From assembly GCA_016197005.1 (NCBI GenBank), contig JACPWO010000001.1, forward strand, positions 282,544-346,543: a DNA stretch of 64,000 nt. The letters run 5' to 3'. Position 1 is the stretch's first letter. The number at the start of each line of letters is the position of its first letter. The notes below the pieces were generated by a model. The model was not told where the DNA came from. It worked only from the letters and a program-made list of their open reading frames with translations, and did no database searches. This DNA comes from Candidatus Anderseniibacteriota bacterium (GTDB taxonomy: Bacteria; Patescibacteriota; Andersenbacteria; UBA10190). Below are positions 18,183-29,778 of the stretch, piece by piece. The translations under genes were made by a program, and so were the position numbers.

Positions 18183-19667
18183 CTACTCAGTGGTCAATTT
18201 CTTTTTGAGGAGTTCAGTTATAACTTGTGGGTTCGCTTTTCCCTTAGATTTAGCCATTACCTGACCCATGAGAAATTGGATAGCGCCACCTTTTCCAGAT
18301 TGAATCTTTTCAACCACATCCGGATTTTCGGCAATCACTTGGTCAACAAGTCCTTCAAGTTCTTCCTCTCCACTTACTTGCTCAAGTCCCAGGTTTTGAA
18401 TGATAGCGTCAGGATCACCGCCAGTGCGCTGCATTTCGTTTAGAATTTTGGCAACTGACGTTCGACCAACGGTACCGATATGGACCAGATTCGTAAGCTC
18501 CGCTAGATTTTCAGCAGTAATTTTGAGACTGGCATGATCAAGATTCTGGGCCGTTAGTATATTTCGCAACTCTCGTAAAATAATGCTAGCCGTGAGCTGA
18601 ACTAACTTCGGTATCACTGAAGAAGCAATTGCTACCTGCTCTTTTTCTAGTTGCTCAATTTCTGAGACAACATCTTCAAAGACGTGTCCTAATTCATGCT
18701 CGGCTGCGAGAAGAAGAGCCTGTTCCTCGGCCAGGCCGTACTGCGAAACAAATCGGTCCTTCTTGGCTGTTGGTAATTCACCCACCTGTTTTATGGTACT
18801 AGCAAAATAATCTTCAGTGAATACAAATGGCGGGATATCTGGTTCGGGGAAATAGCGGTAGTCAGCTGCTTCCTCTTTGGTTCGTTGTTCGTAGGTAGTA
18901 CCAGCCTCGCTATCGAACCCACGGGTCGCTTGCCTGGGAATATTCCCGACCGCGTGTTCTTTTTGCTGTCGCTCTATCTCATATTGCAAAGCTCGTTCAA
19001 CAAAACGGAATGAGTTAATATTTTTTACTTCTGTTTTTGGATTCAGCGCAGTTGTTCCCTTTTCTCGCAAAGAAATATTGGCATCACAGCGCATTTGTCC
19101 TTCCTCCATATTGGCATCAGAAATTCCAAGTGCCCGCACAATCTTTTGCAACTCTTGTAAGAAAACTTTCGCTTCCTGTGGTGAGGTTAAATCCGGCTCG
19201 GTAACCATCTCAGCAAGTGGCGTTCCGGCCCGGTTATAATCCACTAACGTGTAATCTGCCCCTTTGGGGTGTGTATTCTTCGCAGCGTCTTCCTCTAAAT
19301 GAATACGAGTAATACCAATTGTTCGCCTTTTCCCGCCGACGGTAATTGTTAGTTCCCCTTTTCCACAAAACGGCTGATCATACTGGCTAATTTGGTATCC
19401 TTTCGGCAAATCAGGATAGAAGTAACTCTTGCGATCAAACTTACTCTTCGCTGCAAGTTCGCAATTGAGCGCCGCTCCCAGCTTGTGTGTCCATTCTACT
19501 GCCTGTTTATTAGGGACAGGCAGTGTTCCAGGATAGCCTAGACAAATTGGGCAGGTAGCAGAGTTGGGTACAACGTCGCCAAAAATGTTGGCGCACTCAC
19601 AAAACATCTTGGATTTTGTTTTGAGCTGTATGTGAATTTCTAGACCAATAACAGGTTCTAATTCCAT
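18183..19667 (-). CDS. gatB: Asp-tRNA(Asn)/Glu-tRNA(Gln) amidotransferase subunit B
   Basis: The GatB signature ELEPVIGLEIHIQLKTKSKMFCEC is at the N-terminus and the GatB/YqeY domain is at the C-terminus. The start is placed at the ATG giving MELEPVIG; the track's TTG-initiated extension to 19703 is possible. Confidence 0.9.
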   Translation of the reverse strand: MELEPVIGLEIHIQLKTKSKMFCECANIFGDVVPNSATCPICLGYPGTLPVPNKQAVEWTHKLGAALNCELAAKSKFDRKSYFYPDLPKGYQISQYDQPFCGKGELTITVGGKRRTIGITRIHLEEDAAKNTHPKGADYTLVDYNRAGTPLAEMVTEPDLTSPQEAKVFLQELQKIVRALGISDANMEEGQMRCDANISLREKGTTALNPKTEVKNINSFRFVERALQYEIERQQKEHAVGNIPRQATRGFDSEAGTTYEQRTKEEAADYRYFPEPDIPPFVFTEDYFASTIKQVGELPTAKKDRFVSQYGLAEEQALLLAAEHELGHVFEDVVSEIEQLEKEQVAIASSVIPKLVQLTASIILRELRNILTAQNLDHASLKITAENLAELTNLVHIGTVGRTSVAKILNEMQRTGGDPDAIIQNLGLEQVSGEEELEGLVDQVIAENPDVVEKIQSGKGGAIQFLMGQVMAKSKGKANPQVITELLKKKLTTE

Positions 19668-19728
19668 ATATCGGAGCGTACCCGAGCTGCTTGTATTGAT
19701 CAATCACTCCCCATACAATAGGTAGGAT

Positions 19729-20301
19729 ATGATTCTATCCGACCGAGATATTAGGAAGGCTTTGCAAGAAAAGCGGATCATTGTTGACCCAAAGCCAAAC
19801 TTGAAAGAACAACTCGGCTCGTCTAGTTTAGACCTTCGCCTGGGGTACGATTTTCGCGTTTTTAAACATCGCAAGCAGCCGTTTGTGGATCCGTTTAATC
19901 CCAAAACAACTGACGGCATGACCGACTTGGTCAAAATAACAAAAAAGGAACCGTATGCTATTCATCCCAATGAATTTGTCCTAGCCTCAACATTTGAATG
20001 GGTACAGTGGGGTGCTGAAATGGCCGCCCGCGTAGAAGGACGAAGTTCACTTGGCCGACTCGGACTCGTTATTCATTCGACTGCTAGCCATATTGACGCC
20101 GGCTGGCGCGGCAATATTACCCTTGAACTTCGGAATATTGGAATGGTACCGATTCTTCTATATCCCAAGATGCGGATCTGCCAACTTATCTTTGAGCCCC
20201 TTACTTCACCTGCTGAAGTTCCCTATTACAAAAAGGCCCACGCAAAATATCGGTTGCAAACAAGCGCGACAGAATCTGGTATTAGCAAAGAAAAGCTATG
20301 A
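19729..20301 (+). CDS. dcd: dCTP deaminase
   Basis: 190 aa. It has the dUTPase-like fold and the Dcd active-site segment HSTASHIDAGWRGNITLELRN. Confidence 0.85.
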   Translation: MILSDRDIRKALQEKRIIVDPKPNLKEQLGSSSLDLRLGYDFRVFKHRKQPFVDPFNPKTTDGMTDLVKITKKEPYAIHPNEFVLASTFEWVQWGAEMAARVEGRSSLGRLGLVIHSTASHIDAGWRGNITLELRNIGMVPILLYPKMRICQLIFEPLTSPAEVPYYKKAHAKYRLQTSATESGISKEKL

Positions 20302-20720
20302 TTCCTTTTCACGTAAAAAAACTATCTGCCGATGCCAAGATGCCGGCGAAAGGTAATACCACTGATGCTGGTATCGATATGTTCACCAACGAAACGTACA
20401 CCCTAAAGCCTGGTGAGGTTCATGCGTTTACCACGGGTATTGCTGTTGCTATCCCTGACGGTCATGTCGCTCTTATTTGGGATCGCTCTGGTCTTGGCAG
20501 TAAAGGTATCCATCGCCTGGCCGGGGTTATCGATAGCGGCTATCGAGGTGAATGGAAAATTGTCCTCATCAACCTCTCTCAAGAATCACATGATATCCAG
20601 GCCGGAGATAAAATAGCACAGTGCATCCTCCAAAAATTCGAACCAGCTGAAATTCAAGAAACAGATGAACTCCCCTCGTCAGATCGAGGAGCCAAGGGGT
20701 TTGGCAGCAGCGGCCGGTAA
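20298..20720 (+). CDS. dut: dUTP diphosphatase
   Basis: It has dUTPase motifs (AGIDM, GVIDSGYRGEW) and a Gly-rich C-terminal motif 5 (RGAKGFGSSG). It is coupled to dcd through an ATGA overlap. Confidence 0.85.
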   Translation: MIPFHVKKLSADAKMPAKGNTTDAGIDMFTNETYTLKPGEVHAFTTGIAVAIPDGHVALIWDRSGLGSKGIHRLAGVIDSGYRGEWKIVLINLSQESHDIQAGDKIAQCILQKFEPAEIQETDELPSSDRGAKGFGSSGR

Positions 20721-20721
20721 T

Positions 20722-21090
20722 TTACGCCAGCGAATTCAAAACTTCGACAATGTGTTCTTCCGTCACGTAGACGTGAATGTTTTTAGTAGCAAACTGAACG
20801 GCCGGCGATGGTTCTGCTCCTCCCTGATGGAACGCAATGATCGGTACACCCGATGCATTCGCCCACCCCAGTTCTATCCCCGACCCAGTTGATGGAATGG
20901 ATACCTCTACCAAAATCAAAGTAGCGGACGCAATATCGTCTTTTGTTTTCTGAATGTTTCCCTTTTCTTCCTGAGGAAATTTAAACTCAATTTCTGGATG
21001 CTGTTTAGCAAAGTCATTAACCGCATTAAAAAACATCGGGGTGTGCTGTGTTGAGCCGGAGGGATGTGATACAAACCACGTTTTTTTCAT
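20722..21090 (-). CDS. Nucleoside 2-deoxyribosyltransferase-like protein (DNPH1/Rcl-like putative dNMP N-hydrolase)
   Basis: 122 aa. Its PSTGSGIELGWANASGVPII segment matches the catalytic-Glu segment of DNPH1 and NDT enzymes (PSLGVGYELGRA). Confidence 0.6.
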   Translation of the reverse strand: MKKTWFVSHPSGSTQHTPMFFNAVNDFAKQHPEIEFKFPQEEKGNIQKTKDDIASATLILVEVSIPSTGSGIELGWANASGVPIIAFHQGGAEPSPAVQFATKNIHVYVTEEHIVEVLNSLA

Positions 21091-21095
21091 ACTCT

Positions 21096-21752
21096 TTAGG
21101 TTATAGTCTTACGAGTGATCTGCCAAATGTCTTCATGGATATCTTCCCGGGAACGAGATTCTCCTTTTGCATCTACTGCGTTCACTGTTACCCAGCCCTG
21201 TTCTTTGGCTAAACGGAGATAACTGCGACGAAAGCGTAGCAACATATCTCGGCGCTCGTGGTAATCCACTTTCTTACTTTTTAGGCGTTCAAGTGCTACT
21301 TCAACTGGGATATCAAGAAAAATAACAAGATCGGGCCGTGGTAGACGGGGCTCGTCCTCCCACGCGAGCCAGGTAAGCCACGCCATCATCTTTTTTCTTA
21401 TTTTCCCACTCATCCCAGCTGTTTGATACACCATCGTGCTGGTGCAGTATCTATCCGAGACGATAACGTTTTTCTTACCACTATCAATAATCGCAAAGAA
21501 TTCTTTACTACGAGAATAAAAATCTTGTACGTACAATAGCGCTTGTTCCCTCTTGCTAAAGTGTCCCTTATTTTTAGCACGCAGAAACTTACCGTAAATA
21601 ATTTGTCCCGTTGGTTCATCTTCCTGCGGAAAATGAAATTGGTGCGGTGTATATCCGCTTTTTTTAATCCGCTTTACCAGTAAATCGGTCTGGGTGCTGC
21701 CACCAGCGGCGTCAGAAGATTCAATAACTACAAATGTTCCCATAACGTCCAA
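21096..21752 (-). CDS. Thymidylate-kinase-like paralogue with a degenerate Walker A motif
   Basis: It has the Tmk fold and the DRY motif (SDRYCTST). Its P-loop reads ESSDAAGGST where a true Tmk reads EGxxGAGKST, so the invariant Lys is replaced by Gly. It overlaps the upstream tmk by 25 nt. Confidence 0.6.
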   Translation of the reverse strand: MDVMGTFVVIESSDAAGGSTQTDLLVKRIKKSGYTPHQFHFPQEDEPTGQIIYGKFLRAKNKGHFSKREQALLYVQDFYSRSKEFFAIIDSGKKNVIVSDRYCTSTMVYQTAGMSGKIRKKMMAWLTWLAWEDEPRLPRPDLVIFLDIPVEVALERLKSKKVDYHERRDMLLRFRRSYLRLAKEQGWVTVNAVDAKGESRSREDIHEDIWQITRKTIT

Positions 21753-22387
21753 ATTTTAGCAGCTATTTTTTTCGGTGACAGCAGTCTTCCTTCTTCTACA
21801 CACTGGATGCGATGGACTCGGTTTGGCTGTTCAGAAGCTAGACGAATATATGCTTCATGCATTTTTTGCTGTACTTCAAACTGATCAGTATATTCATCGT
21901 CATCTTGGCGTTTCTTTTTACGCCCGCCAAGAAGCTTGAGAGCAATTTGCGGAGGGACATCAAGAAACAACGATAGATGTTCATGGGGCATGCCGTTGGC
22001 TTCATACTCCGTCTGCTCAATTGTGGCGTGAACTTCTGCTCGCTCCGATGGCTTTGCTTCAATTTCCATAAATACCAGTGAACTTGGAACATATCGGTCA
22101 TAAACGACAATTCCACCTTTTTTAAGCATGGTTATAACTTCGTCTTTGTGCTCAACACGATTGGTCGCAAAATACCGTACTTTGTCTTGCCAGGGGGTAG
22201 TCATCCAGTCACCAAGTTTTCCCTGCAAACGTGCCTTGAGTTCCTTACCAGAAGGCGTGGAGTAATCTGGAGTTTCTACTTGTAATACATCCTGGCCGAC
22301 AGCACGCAGACGTTCAACCAGCAAGCGTACTTGCGTCGCTTTGCCGCTTGAATCTAGTCCGTCAAAGGAAATGAGTTTACCAGCCAT
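21728..22387 (-). CDS. tmk: Thymidylate kinase
   Basis: The Walker A motif is intact (FDGLDSSGKATQ). The DRY motif (YDRYVPSS) and a LID region are present. Confidence 0.8.
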   Translation of the reverse strand: MAGKLISFDGLDSSGKATQVRLLVERLRAVGQDVLQVETPDYSTPSGKELKARLQGKLGDWMTTPWQDKVRYFATNRVEHKDEVITMLKKGGIVVYDRYVPSSLVFMEIEAKPSERAEVHATIEQTEYEANGMPHEHLSLFLDVPPQIALKLLGGRKKKRQDDDEYTDQFEVQQKMHEAYIRLASEQPNRVHRIQCVEEGRLLSPKKIAAKIWTLWEHL

Positions 22388-22438
22388 AAGCGATAAACCA
22401 GAAGCTATATCCTAGCGATACAGCCTTAAGTCTGTCGC

Positions 22439-23116
22439 CTACTGACGAACCCGAACAGCCGGACCCATCGTAGAGCAAATTGTTATACTACGCATGAATT
22501 CACCTTTGGAAGTAGCGGGACGATTGGCACGAATCGCATTGATCAAAGCAGTAGCATTGACAGCAGTTTTTTCCGCATCCCAGCTAGCTTTACCAATAAC
22601 TTCATGAATATTACCCAAGCTATCCATCTTGTATGAGATCCTACCACCAGCCAGCGCTTTCACAGCCTCTTCAATATCCGGTGTTACGGTTCCGTTCTTT
22701 GGATTTGGCATGAGCCCTTTTGGACCTAAGATACGAGCAGCTTTTGCTAACTTTGGCATCATGTCTGGTGTCGTCACAATTGAATCAACCTCGAGTGCAC
22801 CTTCCTTGATAATCTTATCTATTAATTCCTGTCCCCCCACAATATTTGCACCAGCTGCTTTTACTGCTTTTTGCTTAGCAGCATCGTCAGTGATAACAGC
22901 AATCTTCTTTTGCTTTGGTGTACCGGATGGTAACTGAATAGAGCCACGAACCATTTGATCAGATTTTTCAGCGCTAACCCCGAGACGAACATGCAGTTCA
23001 ATAGTTTCGTCAAACGATTTGCGAGCTTGCTCTTTTACAAATGTAACTGCAGCCGTAACATCTACCGATTCCTTCGGAGCCTTTTGCTTAGCCTGTTTGT
23101 AGATCTTGCCACGCAT
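22439..23116 (-). CDS. rplA: 50S ribosomal protein L1
   Basis: 225 aa with L1 signature segments (IELHVRLGV ... GPKGLMPNPKNGTV). It follows rplK. Confidence 0.9.
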   Translation of the reverse strand: MRGKIYKQAKQKAPKESVDVTAAVTFVKEQARKSFDETIELHVRLGVSAEKSDQMVRGSIQLPSGTPKQKKIAVITDDAAKQKAVKAAGANIVGGQELIDKIIKEGALEVDSIVTTPDMMPKLAKAARILGPKGLMPNPKNGTVTPDIEEAVKALAGGRISYKMDSLGNIHEVIGKASWDAEKTAVNATALINAIRANRPATSKGEFMRSITICSTMGPAVRVRQ

Positions 23117-23535
23117 TACTCTACGGTTATTCCCATTGAGCGAGCAGTACCAGCAATGATTTTGATAGCTGCATCAAGGTCGCGAGCAGACAAATCTTCC
23201 ATTTTGCGCTCCGCAATATCTTGGACTTGTTTCTTGGTAACCTTGCCAACCTTCTCTGTATTTGGTTTTCCTGATCCACTTTTAACACCAGCTGCCTTCT
23301 TCAGAAGTTCAGCTGCCGGCGGGGTCTTTAGTTTCAAATCCATCGTTCGGTCTTGGTAGATAGTAATTTCAACCGGAATGATGTCGCCGATCATGTCTTT
23401 AGTCATGTCGTTAAAGCGAGTTACAAACTCGCTGATGTTCACGCCATGTGGGCCCAAGGCAGTACCAACTGGTGGAGCGGGAGTCGCTTTACCAGCCGGA
23501 GCTTGGATTTTAATTTTTGCTTTGATTTCAGGCAT
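23116..23535 (-). CDS. rplK: 50S ribosomal protein L11
   Basis: The L11 N-domain [23 protein letters not shown] is present. Confidence 0.9.
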   Translation of the reverse strand: MPEIKAKIKIQAPAGKATPAPPVGTALGPHGVNISEFVTRFNDMTKDMIGDIIPVEITIYQDRTMDLKLKTPPAAELLKKAAGVKSGSGKPNTEKVGKVTKKQVQDIAERKMEDLSARDLDAAIKIIAGTARSMGITVE

Positions 23536-23543
23536 CTAGGTAT

Positions 23544-24101
23544 CTATATCTTTTTAATCTGTAGGAAGTCAAGTTCGACTGGAGTTTCTCGACCGAAAAC
23601 ATTCACCAGAACCTTAATGGTACCCTTAGCTTCATTCGTCTCGGAAACCTTACCTTCAAACTCCTTAAAGGGTCCATCCATAATCTTAACCATATCCCCT
23701 TCAGAGACATCCATCTTGTATTTTGGCTCTTGCTCGCCCATCCGCTTGAGAAGACGGTTAATTTCATCTTGTGACACCGGGGTTGGTGTAGTTCCAGAAC
23801 CAACGAAGCCAGTGACGTTTGGCGTGTTACGAACAACATACCAAGAATCTTCGGTAACGATCATTTGCACCAAAACGTACCCAGGAAAAAGTTTTTCTTC
23901 AATTGTTTGGCGCTTGCCACTCTTTACTCGGATTTTCTTTTCGGTTGGCACTACAACCTGGAAAATCTTATCCTCCATACCCATGGATTCAATACGTTGA
24001 CGGAGGTTGCGAGCAACGTTTCCTTCATAACCAGAATACGTGTGGAGCACGTACCACCCGCGGCTGTCATTAGGTTCAGATTGTTTCATTTCGTCCGCCA
24101 T
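23544..24101 (-). CDS. nusG: Transcription termination/antitermination factor NusG
   Basis: It has the NGN domain (WYVLHTYSGYE) and a KOW domain. It sits in the canonical secE-nusG-rplK-rplA order. Confidence 0.9.
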   Translation of the reverse strand: MADEMKQSEPNDSRGWYVLHTYSGYEGNVARNLRQRIESMGMEDKIFQVVVPTEKKIRVKSGKRQTIEEKLFPGYVLVQMIVTEDSWYVVRNTPNVTGFVGSGTTPTPVSQDEINRLLKRMGEQEPKYKMDVSEGDMVKIMDGPFKEFEGKVSETNEAKGTIKVLVNVFGRETPVELDFLQIKKI

Positions 24102-24104
24102 ATG

Positions 24105-24305
24105 TTACAAAATTGCGCTCTCAAGAATGAGGGTTAACATGTAGTCAAAAGCACCGATCGTTGCTCCCACAATAATGGAGGCAACCACAACAATCACGGT
24201 GTATCTCATAGTCTGTTCACGAGAGGGCCAGGTAACCTTCTTAAGCTCGTCGCGAGACTGTTTTACGAACTGGATTGACTGTTTTGGAAGTGCGGTGACT
24301 TTCAT
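24105..24305 (-). CDS. secE: Preprotein translocase subunit SecE
   Basis: It is trimmed to the ATG giving MKVTALP and ends in one C-terminal TM helix (YTVIVVVASIIVGATIGAF). This is the typical short SecE found immediately upstream of nusG. Confidence 0.75.
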   Translation of the reverse strand: MKVTALPKQSIQFVKQSRDELKKVTWPSREQTMRYTVIVVVASIIVGATIGAFDYMLTLILESAIL

Positions 24306-24374
24306 CTTTGTGGTCTTAAAAACCGCCCTTGAGGGCGATATGCCCACTATAGTAGAGGCAGTGGCAAAAAGCAA

Positions 24375-26396
<2,022 letters not shown>

Positions 26397-26432
26397 CTAA
26401 AACCGCAATATGTTGCCTCCTCCGGCTGTCCC

Positions 26433-28781
26433 CTAACGAATCTCCGCTTGGTACTTTTTCTTTAAAGCAGTCGTTATTTTTCCCTGAACTTTATCTATTT
26501 CGTCGTCCGTGAGTGTTCGATCTAAAGCCTGGAATTCAATGTGAAAAGCAAGGCTCTTTTGATCCTTTTTTGAAAGCTCAAATTCATCGAACAGCTCAAC
26601 ATCCTTCAGTAATTCTCCACCCGCTTCTTTTAAGGTTCCTTCAACTTCCTGAGCTGAAGCTTTGGTATGTACTACGAGTGAAATATCTCGATACATACTC
26701 GGATGCTGACTGTATTGCGTAAATTGCACGACCGGTATATTGGCATTCTCAAGTTCAGATAATTTTTGTATAGGTACAGACACATCTTGCGCTCGAGAGA
26801 TCATATCCGCGATATCAAACTCAAAAGCAGTTACTGGCAAACGATACTTCAGTCCTTTTAAAACAGCAGCTGGCAATGGTCCGACAAAACTATTTGTCGG
26901 CAACTCAGTACCCAGTGCATTAGCAATGGCAGCAACCACCTGCTGTACGTCTGGAGTACCGCCAACAATACAACCAGCAATATGTTCACGTTCTACTACC
27001 TCTGGTACTCGTCCATTTTTTCCTTTACGAAACACACTGCCAATTTCAAACAACGCTCGTTCTTGTTTAGAAAACTTTCGATGAAAATCATCTTTGTTAG
27101 TAAGTAGGTTTTTTAGCAGACCCGGTAATAGCCGCGCTCGCATGTATTTTTGGTCGGGGGAAACTGGATTCAGAACTTCAACTTTTTCTTCCTGATCATG
27201 ATCTAAAAGAGCAGCCTCAACTTCCGGTTCAAAAGAGTAGTTATACGTTTCCGTAAAACCCTGCTCAACGAGAAGATCTCGAATCGCTTCTCGCCAATAG
27301 ACCAGTTTAGGTAAAGCGACCGGTGTAAGAGATTCAAGTGGCTTACTTTCAATCGCGCCTAAACCAGTTATCCGAATGACTTCTTCAACAACATCTGGCT
27401 CAATTACAACATCCAGTCGGTCAGACGGTACATTCACCTGCCAGACATCCCCCTGGACAGCTACAGCAAAACGTAGACGCTCAAGTACTTTGCGCATATC
27501 AGCGTCGCCAATACTCGTACCAGCCAAGCTCACAACACGACGGGGACGAAACTCTATTACTTTGCTAGCAAAAGCTTCAGGGTGAGTATCTATGACTCCC
27601 TGTAAGGTAGCACCACCCAGTTCAATTAAAAGTTGAACGAGTCGGGCAGCTGCCTCACTAGCCAAAGTCGGCGTAATTCCTTTAGAAAAACGAGTCGATG
27701 CTTCTGTGCGTGTGTTTAAGCGGCGAGAAGTTTCTTGAATGAGATACGGGCGAAAATTAGCTACTTCTAAGAAAATATCCGTGGTTGTATCCCCTATTTC
27801 TGTCCCCATTCCCCCCATAACTCCAGCTACTGCAACTGCTTTATCGCCAACAGTAATAACTGATATTTCCGGCGATACTTCAACTACCGTTTCATCGAGC
27901 AACGTAATTTTTTCATTTTCTTTTCCTCGTCTTACCCCAATTGCTGAACTGGCAAGCTTGGCACGGTCAAAAGCATGCGAAGGATTTCCGACCTCATACA
28001 TAACGTAGTTTGTTACATCTACAATGAGGTTAATAGGACGAGTGCCTGAAGCGAGGAGTCGCATTTGCATCCACAATGGCGCCGGCCTACCACCTACTCC
28101 CTGCAAAAGTGCACCAATGTACCGGGGCGTATCTTCTGCATCAGCAACGGCAACCGTATATCCTTCTACTTCTGAAGTTGCCATCGGAAGAGGTGGTACC
28201 GCTATCTCTTTCATTTCTATTTGCAATAGCGCTGCTACTTCTCGAGCTACTCCGCGGTGACTCAACAAGTCATGAGCTCGGTTGGGTGTTACATCTAAAT
28301 TCAAAATGGTGTCAGGGGGAATGTGGTCGGCTAACTTTGATCCAAGTGGTACATCAGGTGGTAATACCCAAATACCGGCATGTTCCCGATGCAAACCTAA
28401 CTCACGGAGTGAATTAAGCATACCTGGACTCTTCACGCCCCGAATCTTTGCTTCCTTAATCTTGAAACTGCCTCCCTCTTCATCGTGCACCGTCGTTCCG
28501 GGAGGTGAATATGGTACTACCTGCCCAACTTCGATATTAGGAGCGCCACATACCACTGTTATTTCTTTCTCCCCGTCCGTAACAGTCGCCAGACGAAGTC
28601 GGTCAGCGTTTGGATGTACATCCAGCTTCACTATTTTCACAACAGTAATAGTTGGATCAACCTCAATTCGATTGGCCACAGTTGCTTCAACCGAATGCAG
28701 AGTTAGTTGCTCGGCTACTTCTTCCGGTGAAGCAGTCAGGGTAGGTAAAAACTCTTTCAGCCAATTGTATGAAATTTGCAT
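26433..28781 (-). CDS. pheT: Phenylalanyl-tRNA synthetase beta subunit
   Basis: It begins MQISYNWLKEFLP and has the B3/B4, B5 and FDX-ACB domain arrangement in 782 aa. Confidence 0.9.
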   Translation of the reverse strand: MQISYNWLKEFLPTLTASPEEVAEQLTLHSVEATVANRIEVDPTITVVKIVKLDVHPNADRLRLATVTDGEKEITVVCGAPNIEVGQVVPYSPPGTTVHDEEGGSFKIKEAKIRGVKSPGMLNSLRELGLHREHAGIWVLPPDVPLGSKLADHIPPDTILNLDVTPNRAHDLLSHRGVAREVAALLQIEMKEIAVPPLPMATSEVEGYTVAVADAEDTPRYIGALLQGVGGRPAPLWMQMRLLASGTRPINLIVDVTNYVMYEVGNPSHAFDRAKLASSAIGVRRGKENEKITLLDETVVEVSPEISVITVGDKAVAVAGVMGGMGTEIGDTTTDIFLEVANFRPYLIQETSRRLNTRTEASTRFSKGITPTLASEAAARLVQLLIELGGATLQGVIDTHPEAFASKVIEFRPRRVVSLAGTSIGDADMRKVLERLRFAVAVQGDVWQVNVPSDRLDVVIEPDVVEEVIRITGLGAIESKPLESLTPVALPKLVYWREAIRDLLVEQGFTETYNYSFEPEVEAALLDHDQEEKVEVLNPVSPDQKYMRARLLPGLLKNLLTNKDDFHRKFSKQERALFEIGSVFRKGKNGRVPEVVEREHIAGCIVGGTPDVQQVVAAIANALGTELPTNSFVGPLPAAVLKGLKYRLPVTAFEFDIADMISRAQDVSVPIQKLSELENANIPVVQFTQYSQHPSMYRDISLVVHTKASAQEVEGTLKEAGGELLKDVELFDEFELSKKDQKSLAFHIEFQALDRTLTDDEIDKVQGKITTALKKKYQAEIR

Positions 28782-28782
28782 A

Positions 28783-29778
28783 TTAGCTGAATTGCTTTAG
28801 AAATTTGAGGTCACCTGAATACAACAGACGGATATCCGGTATGCCATATTTCAACATTACTAACCGGTCGAGCCCACCACCAAGTGCTATTCCCTGATAT
28901 TTATCCGGATCGACATTAATATTTTTTAGAACATTTGGGTGAACATTTCCGGCCCCAGCCATTTCTAACCAACCACCTTTATGTGTTATCTGATCACGCA
29001 TATGTACTTCAAGACCCGGTTTTACGAAGGGAAAGAATGATGGGCGAAAACGTACTTCAACCGCTCGTTCAAAAAAGAGTGAGTAGAAAGTAGTAATAAT
29101 ATGTTTGAGGTTGGCCAAATTCACCGTTTCGTCTACCACCATAAATTCATATTGTTGAAACAACGATGTGTGAGTCGCATCTTCTTTTTCAGAACGAAAT
29201 GATGGCCCGTAATAAAACATTTTAAATGGCGGCTTCAATTTATTTTCAAGCACACCCCTGATCTGTAACGGAGATACATGAGTTCGCAGTACCAGTTCCG
29301 GAAGATCTTTTAAATAAAAAGTATCGGTTTCGGCTCGAGCGGGATGCTCAGCATCAATATTCAATCCATCAAAATTATATTTCGCAAGTTCAATAGTAGG
29401 ACCTTCAACAATCGTAAAGCCCATAGCAGCAAATATTTGTTGCGCTCGGCGTAAAGCCAACGTAAGCGGATGAAGGTGTCCGCCCTCAACGCTCGATACT
29501 ACTTGAGAGCTAGCACTTGTACTATCTTCGGTTACTGAATTGCTCTTTGCTAGGTACAAATTTTCCAACTCGTTGCGTAGCGTATTCGCCTCTTGTCCTA
29601 GTTTTTTACGCTCTTCTACAGGAAGATCTTTCATAGTGCGCAGAAGCTGTGGTACCTCGCCCTTGCGACCGAGGTACTGAACTCGCCACGCTTCTAAACC
29701 CGAAGCGCTAGAGGCTCCCTCAAGCTCGTGAAGAGCCTTCTGGCGAAGTGCGTTGATGTCGACTAGTAGACTTGTCAT
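28783..29778 (-). CDS. pheS: Phenylalanyl-tRNA synthetase alpha subunit
   Basis: Class II motifs are present (FRPSFFPFVKPGLEV, GAGNVHPNVL). It lies directly upstream of pheT. Confidence 0.9.
   Translation of the reverse strand: MTSLLVDINALRQKALHELEGASSASGLEAWRVQYLGRKGEVPQLLRTMKDLPVEERKKLGQEANTLRNELENLYLAKSNSVTEDSTSASSQVVSSVEGGHLHPLTLALRRAQQIFAAMGFTIVEGPTIELAKYNFDGLNIDAEHPARAETDTFYLKDLPELVLRTHVSPLQIRGVLENKLKPPFKMFYYGPSFRSEKEDATHTSLFQQYEFMVVDETVNLANLKHIITTFYSLFFERAVEVRFRPSFFPFVKPGLEVHMRDQITHKGGWLEMAGAGNVHPNVLKNINVDPDKYQGIALGGGLDRLVMLKYGIPDIRLLYSGDLKFLKQFS

Noticed and set aside
22629-23359. Antisense ORFs inside rplA/rplK/nusG, and similar antisense ORFs inside pheT, gyrB, pilB, clpC and dnaE
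   Set aside because: They are entirely embedded antisense to highly conserved genes, have no RBS and have low-complexity translations. These are typical shadow ORFs.
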